64,000 bases of DNA, taken from a virus. A model generated the notes under the pieces. That model saw nothing but the letters and a program-made list of their open reading frames with translations. It ran no database searches and had not been told where the DNA came from. The stretch is from positions 11,143 through 75,142 of IMG/VR virus record IMGVR_UViG_3300044712_002165; one strand, 5' to 3'. Both the position numbers and the translations under genes were made by a program. This document shows, piece by piece, positions 1 to 8,807 of this stretch (position 1 is its first letter; each line of letters starts with the position of its first letter).

Positions 1-312
1 GGTCGAACCGGCCTCTGGAAACGCTGCTCGGAGCTGGAAAGCATGGGCTTGGTGCGCGCTGTCGAAACCCGCGAGTGCAGCGTGACTGGACAGGCCGCAA
101 CCGTCTGGGACGTGACGGACGTGGCCAAAGCCCAGCCGTACAAAAAGCCCGAGGTGCAGAAGCGCAAGCTGTACGTTGTCCTCAACCAGCACGGGACTGG
201 TGCTGCCTCGTTCAATCGCCAGGACATCCTCGACTACAAGGAGGCGACGACGGAGGACGAAGTTCTGACCATGGACACCATTGACGTGCCGCCTGACTTT
301 TGCTCGAAATAG
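1..312 (+). CDS. 5'-truncated small phage protein, possible winged-helix DNA-binding protein
   Basis: Frame is open from base 1 (GRTGLWKRCSELESMGLVRAVETRECSVTGQAATVW). The 'R.SEL...GLV' pattern resembles wHTH proteins. Confidence 0.45.
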   Translation, partial: GRTGLWKRCSELESMGLVRAVETRECSVTGQAATVWDVTDVAKAQPYKKPEVQKRKLYVVLNQHGTGAASFNRQDILDYKEATTEDEVLTMDTIDVPPDFCSK

Positions 313-386
313 CTTGTGCCGCGCAGGAGCCCGCAAGGGCAAGGGTTGATTACCCTTTTCATCACTTGCGCGGCATTTTCGTTTTC

Positions 387-461
387 GGCCTCGTAGCTCA
401 ACATCAGAGCAGCGCGCTTTTAACGCGTTGGTTGGGGGTGAGAATCCCTCCGAGGTCACCA
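387..461 (+). tRNA. tRNA-Lys(UUU)
   Basis: Acceptor GGCCTCG/CGAGGTC, D arm GCTC/GAGC, anticodon arm GCGCG-CTTTTAA-CGCGT, T arm GGGGG-TGAGAAT-CCCTC, encoded ACCA end. Confidence 0.92.
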
Positions 462-465
462 GTTT

Positions 466-538
466 AGCCCCGTAGCTCAATCAGTGGAGCGTCGGACTTT
501 GATTCCGAATGTTGCTGGTGCAAGTCCAGCCGGGGCCG
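466..538 (+). tRNA. tRNA-Gln(UUG)
   Basis: Acceptor AGCCCCG/CGGGGCC (1-72 mismatch, G discriminator), anticodon arm TCGGA-CTTTGAT-TCCGA, T arm GCTGG-TGCAAGT-CCAGC. No encoded CCA. Confidence 0.9.
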
Positions 539-570
539 CTTTACTTGACAGTTTGTTTACAAACAGGACT

Positions 571-918
571 ATGCCAGTCATGCAAAACGACCCGATGCGC
601 TGTGGACGTTTGTTGTCCTACGAGATCAAACGCCTTCGCCGGTCGCTGCACAAGCACTCCGGTGTTGATGATCTGACATCGTCCTACGCGCTTCTTTGCG
701 GCATGCAGTGTGGTTACATGTTGGTGGCCGGTCGGAAGCATGCTGGTGCGTCCTCCTTGATGAAGGTCGTCTATGCGCGTATCGCTGCCCTGGATCAAGG
801 CGCAGCGGCCCGCGCTGAGGCGCACAGTGAAAACAATTTCGCAGTCGTTCGGAAAATGCTGAAGACGACCGGAACCATTCCTACAAAGACCAGGACACCA
901 AGACGATCTTTGAGGTGA
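571..918 (+). CDS. hypothetical protein
   Basis: Start moved to ATG 571 because the ORF-track start overlaps tRNA-Gln. TTGACA lies upstream at ~546. Confidence 0.6.
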   Translation: MPVMQNDPMRCGRLLSYEIKRLRRSLHKHSGVDDLTSSYALLCGMQCGYMLVAGRKHAGASSLMKVVYARIAALDQGAAARAEAHSENNFAVVRKMLKTTGTIPTKTRTPRRSLR

Positions 919-921
919 ACT

Positions 922-1494
922 ATGACTGTAGCCGCATTACTCAAGCAGCCCGTGCTGATCCTGAACAGGAACTGGCAGGCTATCGAGGAAACCACCGTCG
1001 AGACGGCGCTGGGTGACGTGTTCCGTGGCCAGAAGCGTGCCATCGACACCGACACCATGCAGGCCATGACCTGGGACGAGTGGGCGCGGCTACCGGTTCG
1101 TGCCAACGACGAGTCCATCAGCACGACCAAGGGTCGCGTGCGCGTGCCCCGTGTGATCGTCGCAGCCTGGGCCGGCATGCCCCGCAAGCGGCCGAAGAAG
1201 AACGGCCGAGGCGTAGCTGCCAGGGACAAGTTCATCTGCGCCTACACCGGCAAGTTCGCACCCGACGGAAACGTAGACCACGTGATCCCGTTGGGTCAGG
1301 GCGGCTCCGGCGACTGGGAAAACCTGGTCTGGTCGGACCGGGAGATCAACCACCGAAAGGGCAACCGTACACCGGAACAGGCAGGCTTACGCCTACTGCG
1401 CAAACCGTTTACGCCAACGGAACTGCCTGCTGTCGCTTTGATCGACCCGAAGCACCCGACCTGGGAACACTTCTGCGTCGTGAAAAAGCGTTGA
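922..1494 (+). CDS. HNH endonuclease (McrA/HNH_5-like)
   Basis: VLILNRNW..VPRVI..RDKFICAYTG..NVDHVIP..GG..WENLV..N..KGNRTPEQAGL. Confidence 0.9.
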   Translation: MTVAALLKQPVLILNRNWQAIEETTVETALGDVFRGQKRAIDTDTMQAMTWDEWARLPVRANDESISTTKGRVRVPRVIVAAWAGMPRKRPKKNGRGVAARDKFICAYTGKFAPDGNVDHVIPLGQGGSGDWENLVWSDREINHRKGNRTPEQAGLRLLRKPFTPTELPAVALIDPKHPTWEHFCVVKKR

Positions 1495-1547
1495 CATTCT
1501 GATCGTCAGGGCCAACTTTGACGGCAGCCGATAGGGCTGTAGACATC

Positions 1548-1748
1548 ATGAGTGCCGCAAATCACAATCCAGCGAGGTGCACGTGCCAACTGTGCGTGCA
1601 GAACTGGCAGCTCGTTGACGGCGCTTTCGAGCCCAGTCCACGAGAGCAGGCCGAAACCGTAAACCGTCAGCGCGAGGCGGATAAGACGCGTCGGCAGGAT
1701 TCGATGCCGGCGTACCTGCGACCAGTGACGCAAGGCGTCATGGTCTAA
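1548..1748 (+). CDS. small hypothetical protein (CxCxxC)
   Basis: Short ORF downstream of TTGACG (~1518) and followed by a terminator. Confidence 0.45.
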   Translation: MSAANHNPARCTCQLCVQNWQLVDGAFEPSPREQAETVNRQREADKTRRQDSMPAYLRPVTQGVMV

Positions 1749-1772
1749 GCCTCGGGCGACAACTTCAGAAGG

Positions 1773-1806
1773 GACGGGCACCCTAGCCGGGTGCCTGTCG
1801 TCTTTT
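1773..1806 (+). terminator. intrinsic terminator between convergent genes
   Basis: GACGGGCACCC-TAGCC-GGGTGCCTGTC hairpin followed by GTCTTTT. Confidence 0.7.
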
Positions 1807-2623
1807 ACCGCGCCACTCCTGGCGGTTTGCAGAAGTTGCCAAACCCTTGCGGCAAAGCGTTTACAGCGAGGTCTTTGCCGAGGTTGACGCCGATCCGCTT
1901 CAGGCTTTCAGCGTCGGTGTAGTAGAGGCTGAACGTCGCCAGTTCCAGCCCGCGCTCGAACGTGGTCTCGTTGCACCGGTCTTCCTGGGTGCTGCCCCAT
2001 CCTGTGCCGAGGGTGAAGTCCGGCGTATCGTTTACGCAAAGCGAAGCGCTGTAATCCGTAGCAGGCGCGCAGCAGTTGACCATCGCGGGTGTTCCATGTG
2101 GAACAACTCCAGACGTGGACGTGGTCGGTTCGTAGCACCACATCGGCACCGGTCCTGGGTACACCGGGTAGGGTACCGGAACGTAAACTTTCTCCGGCAT
2201 CAGGGCCTGCGGCCTGATCTGTACCGGCCGCGGTCGTTCAGCCAAGACCTTGCAGGCGATGACGCCGCAGTTGGCGGTTCCGCTGGGTGTGGACGCGGTG
2301 TAACTGCCGGTCTTGTTCTCGAACACGAACTGCTGCGTCTGATCGAGGGACGTGCGCCAGCCCCTGATCTCGACGGAGCTGTAGCCGTTGACGACGTATC
2401 CCCTGGACTCGCCGGTTGCCGGTTCCCCCTCGATGACGCTCAGGCCGTCGATGCTGACGATGGCCAGGACCCTGGCGGGGGAGTTGTTTTTGAAAACGAC
2501 CGAGAAGGGTTGCCCTTTTCGGCCTTCGACGTACGTGATCCCGTTGTGGCCGTACTCGCGGATGCGTGGGGATCGACCGTCGCGATGGATTGCGACGGCC
2601 AGCTCAAACTGACCATGCTGCAT
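1805..2623 (-). CDS. conserved hypothetical protein
   Basis: 272 aa with a beta-rich N-terminal region (YVEGRKGQPFSVVFKNNS..VSIDGLSV..GYVV..IRGWR). Function unknown. Confidence 0.75.
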   Translation of the reverse strand: MQHGQFELAVAIHRDGRSPRIREYGHNGITYVEGRKGQPFSVVFKNNSPARVLAIVSIDGLSVIEGEPATGESRGYVVNGYSSVEIRGWRTSLDQTQQFVFENKTGSYTASTPSGTANCGVIACKVLAERPRPVQIRPQALMPEKVYVPVPYPVYPGPVPMWCYEPTTSTSGVVPHGTPAMVNCCAPATDYSASLCVNDTPDFTLGTGWGSTQEDRCNETTFERGLELATFSLYYTDAESLKRIGVNLGKDLAVNALPQGFGNFCKPPGVAR

Positions 2624-2693
2624 GTTCTGCCTTTCTGCGCCTTTTGGCGACTTTGATGGACCGACTGAATTGACGATCCGCTCTAGTTACGTC

Positions 2694-3173
2694 GTGACAG
2701 CAAGCCTGATCGCCAACCTGCTCCTGGAATCGGGGCCTGAACGCTTCGAGACCGTCGTGCGCTCGCGCAACATCGAGTTTGTCGGCGGTCCCAAGGACAT
2801 TGATCATTTCGACGGGGAAGCGACCATCGTTTGGACGGGTCAGCTCCAGGGCGGGCGTCAGGCGATCAGCGGCATCATCGTTGGCATCGAGAGCATCAAG
2901 GTTTGGGGCGACCTGGTAACGCTTGGCCCAGAGGTGTACCCGCCCGAGCACCTGATGGCTGGTGAGCCGTTTGAAAACGTGGAGCAGATCGAGATCGAGT
3001 ATCCGGAGGGACCTGCGGAGGTTCCGGACGATGCGGACGCTTCGGAGATTGCGGACGCTCTTTCAGGTCCGAAATGGCGCGTGGAGCTGAGCGGCGAAAC
3101 AACGTTCCCACGGCGTCCGGATACCTTGATCATCAACTTCGACAAACGCCTTCTGGAAGTGATGTTTGAATAG
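2694..3173 (+). CDS. hypothetical protein, probable head-internal protein
   Basis: GTG start 4 nt after TAGTTA. N-terminus MTASLIANLLLES. Confidence 0.6.
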   Translation: MTASLIANLLLESGPERFETVVRSRNIEFVGGPKDIDHFDGEATIVWTGQLQGGRQAISGIIVGIESIKVWGDLVTLGPEVYPPEHLMAGEPFENVEQIEIEYPEGPAEVPDDADASEIADALSGPKWRVELSGETTFPRRPDTLIINFDKRLLEVMFE

Positions 3174-3211
3174 GCTCGACAGGTTCGTCAGAGTTGTATA
3201 CAGTTTGGCGC

Positions 3212-3451
3212 ATGTGGACGCCGTCTGAGTTCGACAAGCGCTGGGCTGAGCAGATGGTGAGCGTGCTGCGCGATGGCGCGGTCTGGGCTCTGCCCGGCAA
3301 CTCGACGGTGTACAAGATCAGCAAGGAGCGCAAAACGCTGGCCTTGGTGGAAGGTCCCAAGGACTACCTGTTCGACAGGACAGTAGCCACATTCGCCGCG
3401 GTCGGTTACACAGTCACGGATGAGCGCCAACTGGCAACGCATGGGACGTGA
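3212..3451 (+). CDS. hypothetical protein
   Basis: ORF MWTPSEFDKRW..., downstream of a GTATAC-containing -10-like site. Confidence 0.6.
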   Translation: MWTPSEFDKRWAEQMVSVLRDGAVWALPGNSTVYKISKERKTLALVEGPKDYLFDRTVATFAAVGYTVTDERQLATHGT

Positions 3452-3674
3452 ATTTTCGCGCACTTGGCGGCGCGGAAAGGTTTACCGTGACTCCGAACTT
3501 CGTCAGCTGGCGCGCAAGCGCGGACTTGTTCTAAGGCAGGCGGGCAACGGTAGGGTCGATGTTGTCCAGGGGAAGGAAGTTGTTGCCCGATTCCGGGCTG
3601 TCGGGGATGCCGCCCCCGTAGACGAAACCAAAGCGCCCGAGCGGCTTGAGGCGTACGCAGCCCTGAAACTATGA
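3441..3674 (+). CDS. hypothetical protein
   Basis: Overlaps both neighbours in a translationally coupled arrangement. Confidence 0.5.
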   Translation: MGREFSRTWRRGKVYRDSELRQLARKRGLVLRQAGNGRVDVVQGKEVVARFRAVGDAAPVDETKAPERLEAYAALKL

Positions 3675-4111
3675 AAATCCTGCTACTGATGATCGCCTTG
3701 TCGGCTGTCCGCCTGTCCGCTCAGACCTATGAGCAGAAGGTGGTGGCCGCGGTGATCCTGGGCGAGGCTGCGTGCCAGGGCTCCAAGGGAATGGTGGCCG
3801 TGGGTGAGGTCATCGGTGAGCGTGCGCGTCTGAGCGGTACCTCGCCCCTTACTGTCGTGACCAAGCCCAAAGCCTTTTCCTGCCTGACCGGTCGTAAACT
3901 GGACGCGTTCGTGCGCAGGAAGAGTCGCGAGGAAGGCTACGGCGAAGCGCTACGCATCGCTCGCACGGTCACCGACACGCCGCAACGTCTTCCGGGGATC
4001 ACGCGGCGTGCAACGCACTTCACGCGGTCCGATGAGCGCCCGTATTGGGCACGCGGGCACCGCCCGGTGGCAGTGATCGGAGAGCACGCTTTTTACCGAA
4101 TCGGCTACTGA
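3671..4111 (+). CDS. cell wall hydrolase (SleB/Hydrolase_2-like) with signal peptide
   Basis: VILGEA..G..GMVAVGEVI..R..AFSC..ATHF..PYWA..VIGEHAFY; hydrophobic N-terminus. Confidence 0.88.
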   Translation: MKILLLMIALSAVRLSAQTYEQKVVAAVILGEAACQGSKGMVAVGEVIGERARLSGTSPLTVVTKPKAFSCLTGRKLDAFVRRKSREEGYGEALRIARTVTDTPQRLPGITRRATHFTRSDERPYWARGHRPVAVIGEHAFYRIGY

Positions 4112-4140
4112 AGCGCCTGCAAATCTCGTTCTACAGGTGT

Positions 4141-5163
4141 ATGAGCAATTCAGCGCCTGTGGCTACGACGAACGTTGTGGGCTACTTCAATTCCAAGAAG
4201 TTCCCGCTGTACCTCTTCATCAGTCGGCTGGGAATCACGATTGAGGTCCGCTCTGGCGAGTACGTCAAAGATGCTCGCGGGCGGAAGTTCAACGATCCTT
4301 TGTTCGAGGGCTACCCTCAGCTCTCCAAGGAAACGAGCCCGACGCCGGTTCCTGTTTACGCGGTGCCCGAACCCAAACCGATCCAGGCACCGTCGGACGG
4401 ACACTCCGTCCATTCTGTCAACGAGTTCAAGTACAACGAGCACGGATTCCGGCAGCCGGTGATGCCAACACCCAAGCCGCATCCGACGCCGACAGCGATC
4501 AACGTTCCGCAGGTCCGTGGCATGTCCATGGACGAAGCGCGCCGCCTACGCCTCGTGCGCCCTGTGCGCGAAGTGCCAGAAGACTACGGCGTCGCGGATA
4601 CGGACGCGGCTATGCCGCCGCGAGGCCCGGACATTCCGATGATCCGCGAAGCTCGCGACATGCCGGTCAAGCAGAGCGCCACAACTCCAGTTCCTGCCGC
4701 TCCGCCGGTTGCTGCGCCGGCTGAAGTGCCGGAGCCGGCCGTGCCAGTGCCGGCCGTCAACGCCGAGGAGTCGCCGGAGCGCGCTGCGTTGCAGGCCAGC
4801 CTGCTCGAACAGCACGAGAATGCTGAAGCCCTGGTGGAAGACCCCAACGTGTTTCTGAACCGTGTCGTCCAGCCGGTCGCTCCCGCGGTCGCTCGTCAGA
4901 CCAGCGCCCAGGTGAATGCCGAGGTGCCTGAGGATGCTGCGCTGCCTCTGCCGACGCTCGATGAAGTGGAGGAGCAGGCACCTGAACCGGTTGCTGCGCC
5001 GGCACCGCCCAAGCCCAAGGCTCAGCCTCTGCCACCCCGGCGGAAGTTCATCTGCGCAGCTGACGGTCGCAGCTTCGACTTCCGGTCGCAGCTTGAGCAG
5101 CACGTGGACCGAAAATTCCCGCACCTCAAGGAGCAGCTGATGGCTCCGTACCCGAAGACGTAG
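4141..5163 (+). CDS. Pro/Ala-rich hypothetical protein with a C-terminal C2H2-like motif
   Basis: ATG 8 nt after GTTCT. C-terminal FICAADGRSFDFRSQLEQHV. Confidence 0.7.
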   Translation: MSNSAPVATTNVVGYFNSKKFPLYLFISRLGITIEVRSGEYVKDARGRKFNDPLFEGYPQLSKETSPTPVPVYAVPEPKPIQAPSDGHSVHSVNEFKYNEHGFRQPVMPTPKPHPTPTAINVPQVRGMSMDEARRLRLVRPVREVPEDYGVADTDAAMPPRGPDIPMIREARDMPVKQSATTPVPAAPPVAAPAEVPEPAVPVPAVNAEESPERAALQASLLEQHENAEALVEDPNVFLNRVVQPVAPAVARQTSAQVNAEVPEDAALPLPTLDEVEEQAPEPVAAPAPPKPKAQPLPPRRKFICAADGRSFDFRSQLEQHVDRKFPHLKEQLMAPYPKT

Positions 5164-5177
5164 CCCCTAGTTAGGGC

Positions 5178-5951
5178 ATGGGTGTAAGCGGTCCATCGAG
5201 CAACGCCAGCCAGCCGGTCAGAACCAGCGCTGATTCACCGGACACGCTGCCCCTGCGCGGCTACACGGTTGACCAGCTGAAAAACTACATCATGCGCCAG
5301 CTCGGGGCTCCGACCTGGCACGTGGAGTTGACCAACCAGCAGGTCCTGGATTGCATCCAGGACGCTCTCGGACTCTTCTCGCAGTGGGTGCCGCGGACCA
5401 AAGTCGGGACACTTCAAATGGTCCGCGGGCAGTATCGCTACCTCGAAGGTGAAGATGTCGGCCTCGGCATCGCAAAGATCGACTTCGTTGAACCCAATCC
5501 GGTGCCGACGGAAATCTTCTACGGCAACCTGATCAATCCTGCTCCCCTTTTCCGCCTGGGCCTCGACGAGTACGACACGTTCCTTCGTTGGAGGAAAACG
5601 TGGCAGCGGGTGACCAGCGTCCGCCCCGACTGGTACTACGATGAGTCGGAAGCCGTGCTGTACATCCACAATCCAATCGAGCGTTACCAGGCGGGAATTT
5701 TCATCTACGCGCTCTGGGAGCAGACGCAGAACCTGTCGGTGACGGGAGCCGACTGGGTGAAAAAGTACGCGCTGGCCACGTCGCGCCGTCTGCTCGGCGA
5801 GACCTGGATGAAGTTCAGCGGAGCCATTCCAGGACCAGGTCAAAACATCCAGTTGGACCAGCAGCGCCGCGAATTGGCGCAGCGCGAAATCGACAAGCTT
5901 GAGGAGCAGCTGAAGGGCATGCAGCTGCACACGCCGGCCGTGATCGACTGA
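5178..5951 (+). CDS. neck protein (T4 gp13-like)
   Basis: LKNYIMRQLGAP..VELT..Q..DCI.DAL; WVKKYALA..LG....KF...PG. Confidence 0.85.
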   Translation: MGVSGPSSNASQPVRTSADSPDTLPLRGYTVDQLKNYIMRQLGAPTWHVELTNQQVLDCIQDALGLFSQWVPRTKVGTLQMVRGQYRYLEGEDVGLGIAKIDFVEPNPVPTEIFYGNLINPAPLFRLGLDEYDTFLRWRKTWQRVTSVRPDWYYDESEAVLYIHNPIERYQAGIFIYALWEQTQNLSVTGADWVKKYALATSRRLLGETWMKFSGAIPGPGQNIQLDQQRRELAQREIDKLEEQLKGMQLHTPAVID

Positions 5952-5954
5952 AGG

Positions 5955-6560
5955 TTACTCGCCGTAGCTGCCCGTGGGTCGAGCTTGCAGCCACAGCTCG
6001 ACCAGTTCGTAGTTCTCGCGCTGCTGTGTATTCAAGCGCTTCTTCGGTGGAAGCCCGTGCCTGCGGGCCATGGCAATGGCGTCCATGAGGTCTTTTTCAC
6101 GCGTGCTGTTCAGCTTCATCAGGATCACGTCGTTTGCGGTGGCAACCGGGAATCCAGACGGGCTGGACGCGTCCAGCTGTACTGTTGACGGAACGACAAC
6201 GCCGTTCGGCAACGCTTCACCTGCGACCAGGAAATCGACGTAACCGCCGCCGGGAGAAATCCAGCTCTCGACGCCAGGAGCCGAGGGATCGCGCCGCCAG
6301 CCTTCGAGCGGCCTGGGGAGCTGCTGAAGCACGTGGATGTCGATGTCCACCGTTGGACGAAAAGCGCTTGCGTCGCCGCCGAAGTGGTAGAAGGCAGCCG
6401 CGCTCCCGACGATCACAGGGCGAAGACCGAAGCTGCGCAGGTACGTGATCAATTCCTCGACTTCCTCGGCCGTCGGCGGAACGTGGCTGTCGCTGCCGAT
6501 CACCTCTTCGGCGAGAGATCGGACACGGCACTGGGCAAGATATGACGCGATTTGTCCCAT
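5955..6560 (-). CDS. nucleotidyltransferase (pol-beta superfamily)
   Basis: VIVGSAA..H...RPTVDIDI..VDFL..ILMKL...REKDLMD. Confidence 0.75.
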   Translation of the reverse strand: MGQIASYLAQCRVRSLAEEVIGSDSHVPPTAEEVEELITYLRSFGLRPVIVGSAAAFYHFGGDASAFRPTVDIDIHVLQQLPRPLEGWRRDPSAPGVESWISPGGGYVDFLVAGEALPNGVVVPSTVQLDASSPSGFPVATANDVILMKLNSTREKDLMDAIAMARRHGLPPKKRLNTQQRENYELVELWLQARPTGSYGE

Positions 6561-6614
6561 ACTGCTACCTATCGTAGAGACCCGCATGTTTTATGTAAAC
6601 AATTTTCCAAGCAC

Positions 6615-6650
6615 ATTTGAGGTTGACGGCGCGCTCAAATTGTATACACT
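6615..6650 (+). promoter_or_regulatory. sigma70-like early promoter with an overlapping inverted repeat
   Basis: TTGACG-N16-TACACT, ATG 6 nt later. TTTGAG..CTCAAA inverted repeat. 25 nt are identical to 63864-63888. Confidence 0.7.
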
Positions 6651-6656
6651 GTCGCC

Positions 6657-8036
6657 ATGATTTACGAGATTCCCGAAGCCAACCTCGCCACCCTCGTCAA
6701 GCGCGTGCAGCGCCTCAACGCTCGGGCAGCCAAGATCGGCAGCGCCCCGGTGGTGCTCCGTCAGACCGGTAACTTCAGGGACGTTCCCCACGCCACGAAG
6801 CCCAACGTCATCGTGCGCTTCGTGGAGATGGAGGCCAACGTCGAGGCTCCGGCGTACAACGGCTGGCACTTCATGGCGGTCATTTGTCGTACGACCGAGG
6901 GCAACATCATCCGCTCGGTTCCCGGGTACGAAGTGCCGGTGGAACATCGCGACGGCGAGCATCGCTGCGATCACTGCCACACCATCCGCAATCGTCGTGA
7001 CACGTACGTGGTTCGCCACGACGACGGCCGGACCCTGCGCGTGGGCAGCACCTGCATCCAGGATTTCCTCCAGCACGCGAACCCGAACCAGATGACCCAG
7101 TCGGCCCGCACCTGCTTCGAGGCGGCGCAGATGCTCGAATCCGCTCAGGACGAGTCCTGGCTCGGCGGCAGTGGAATGAACGCGGTTTGCCGGGTCGATC
7201 TCGAAGTTTTCCTGGGGTACGTTGCGGAATTGGTGCTGAAGACCGGTCGCTACATCACCAGCAAGTCGGCGTACGAGACTGGCGGGACCTCCACGGCGCA
7301 GACTGCGCTTCAGTATTTCCAAGGCTCAGCGCAGGAGTTCGTGGTCAGCGAGCAGGCCAAGCGCCTCGCGACGGAAGCTCGCGAGTGGGTGCTCGGCACG
7401 TACGGTCCGCGTTTTGACGATGACCTCGACATTTCTGAGGTCGTGGAAGCGATGACTTCGGTGCGCAAGGACTGCTCCGACTTCGAGCACAATCTGCTCA
7501 CCGCGGCACGCCTGGAGAGCATCGAGCCTCGCTTCGCCGGCATTGCTGCATACATCATCGAGGCGCACCGCCGTAGCAAGGCCGCGCCCAAGTTGCAGCT
7601 CGGCGCGAACGGCGCAGCTCGCATTTTCGGTCTGTTCAGCACGGCCAAGGCGGCAAAGCTCAAGCACCCGGCGATCCGGCTCAGCAACGGCTCCGAGGTG
7701 TTGACGCTCAGCATGGCATCCGACAAGAGCAGCAACCCTGGCCACCTGTACGTCAAGGGCAACGCCTACTACGGCAAGATCACGCCCGCCGGCCGGTTCC
7801 TCGGTACGCGTGAGTGCCCGCCGACGGTCGAGCAGAATCTGGTTGAGTTTGCCGCGAATCCGGAAGAGGTGGCCGCTCGCTTCGGCAAGCTGACTGGCCA
7901 GTGCTGCTTCTGCGGGCGTCCGCTCACCGACGAGCGGTCCACCGATGTCGGCTACGGCCATGTCTGCGCCAAGAAGTTTGGGTTGCGCTGGGGCAAAGTT
8001 GTAAACGAAACTGCCGTCGAGGCGATTGCTGCCTGA
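6657..8036 (+). CDS. early protein with a C-terminal DUF6011-like Zn-binding domain
   Basis: CCFCGRPLTDERSTDVGYGHVCAKK. N-terminal CDHC..R.R..VGSTC. Confidence 0.75.
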   Translation: MIYEIPEANLATLVKRVQRLNARAAKIGSAPVVLRQTGNFRDVPHATKPNVIVRFVEMEANVEAPAYNGWHFMAVICRTTEGNIIRSVPGYEVPVEHRDGEHRCDHCHTIRNRRDTYVVRHDDGRTLRVGSTCIQDFLQHANPNQMTQSARTCFEAAQMLESAQDESWLGGSGMNAVCRVDLEVFLGYVAELVLKTGRYITSKSAYETGGTSTAQTALQYFQGSAQEFVVSEQAKRLATEAREWVLGTYGPRFDDDLDISEVVEAMTSVRKDCSDFEHNLLTAARLESIEPRFAGIAAYIIEAHRRSKAAPKLQLGANGAARIFGLFSTAKAAKLKHPAIRLSNGSEVLTLSMASDKSSNPGHLYVKGNAYYGKITPAGRFLGTRECPPTVEQNLVEFAANPEEVAARFGKLTGQCCFCGRPLTDERSTDVGYGHVCAKKFGLRWGKVVNETAVEAIAA

Positions 8037-8044
8037 TCACGCTT

Positions 8045-8377
8045 ATGACTATCGGAGATGTTCTGAACGCACTGCCACGCCGCGACCGCCGCGCCATCGA
8101 GCGGGTGCTTTCCAAGCCGGGTGATGTGCTGAAGGCGGCACGCGAATTGAAGCTGATCCTGGCGCAGCACGCGCAGCTTCTGGAGCGCCTGGGTCTTCTT
8201 CCCGATTACGCGGCCTACGCCCTCCCCTTCTACGCCTGGAACGTCGGCGGCGACATCAATGACTTCATCGCCAGCCTCCAGAAGAAAGTCCAGGATCAGC
8301 AGGCCGAGCTGGCGCGTCTCGAACGGCAGATCGACGGTCTGCGCACGCTGGTCGAGACAGACCCTAAGCAGAATTAG
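8045..8377 (+). CDS. hypothetical protein with coiled-coil C-terminus
   Basis: ATG directly after the upstream stop. Confidence 0.6.
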   Translation: MTIGDVLNALPRRDRRAIERVLSKPGDVLKAARELKLILAQHAQLLERLGLLPDYAAYALPFYAWNVGGDINDFIASLQKKVQDQQAELARLERQIDGLRTLVETDPKQN

Positions 8378-8604
8378 CCCACGTCCAAGGCTTCCAGCGT
8401 CGGAGGCTCGGAAGCTGTCAAATCGATCCCCAGGAAGCGTGGTCGGTCGCACTTGGCCCGCGGAAGCTCATGCCTGATCTCCACAGGCACTCCGTCCCAG
8501 GTTGGTGCGACAGACTTTCTAGCCGCCAGCACGAGCAGCGCCATCGGAGTCACCAGGATTCGCTCCGGCGTTCGGCGGTGCTTCTCCTTGAACTGATCCA
8601 GCAT
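8374..8604 (-). CDS. hypothetical protein
   Basis: Short ORF overlapping the end of 8519-8794. Confidence 0.4.
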   Translation of the reverse strand: MLDQFKEKHRRTPERILVTPMALLVLAARKSVAPTWDGVPVEIRHELPRAKCDRPRFLGIDLTASEPPTLEALDVG

Positions 8605-8794
8605 TTTCGTCAGCAATTTGGCGGCGAAGGCGCTCGATCTCGCTGTTGGACTGTTCGGCATACGCGATGGCCTGGGCAAGGGCTGCTCGATACTGCTGGA
8701 CCAGATCGGCGAGTGCCAGCACAACGTTGGCTCGTTCGCCCAAGGCGTTGTGCGCCATCTTCAGTCTCTGTAGCGCAGGATTCGGTGCGTCCAT
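8519..8794 (-). CDS. small coiled-coil hypothetical protein
   Basis: ATG 8 nt after GTTCT on the minus strand (MDAPNPALQRL...). Confidence 0.55.
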   Translation of the reverse strand: MDAPNPALQRLKMAHNALGERANVVLALADLVQQYRAALAQAIAYAEQSNSEIERLRRQIADENAGSVQGEAPPNAGANPGDSDGAARAGG

Positions 8795-8807
8795 GTTCTT
8801 AGAGAAC

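Noticed and set aside
316-376. Hammerhead ribozyme on the minus strand (TGATGA next to a stem)
   Set aside because: It lacks the CUGAUGA C and the GAAA core
484-570. ORF-track start of the 144-aa ORF
   Set aside because: It overlaps tRNA-Gln; the ATG at 571 is more plausible
922-1494. HNH as an intron-encoded or mobile homing element
   Set aside because: It does not interrupt a gene and no intron structure is evident. It looks like a free-standing family member.
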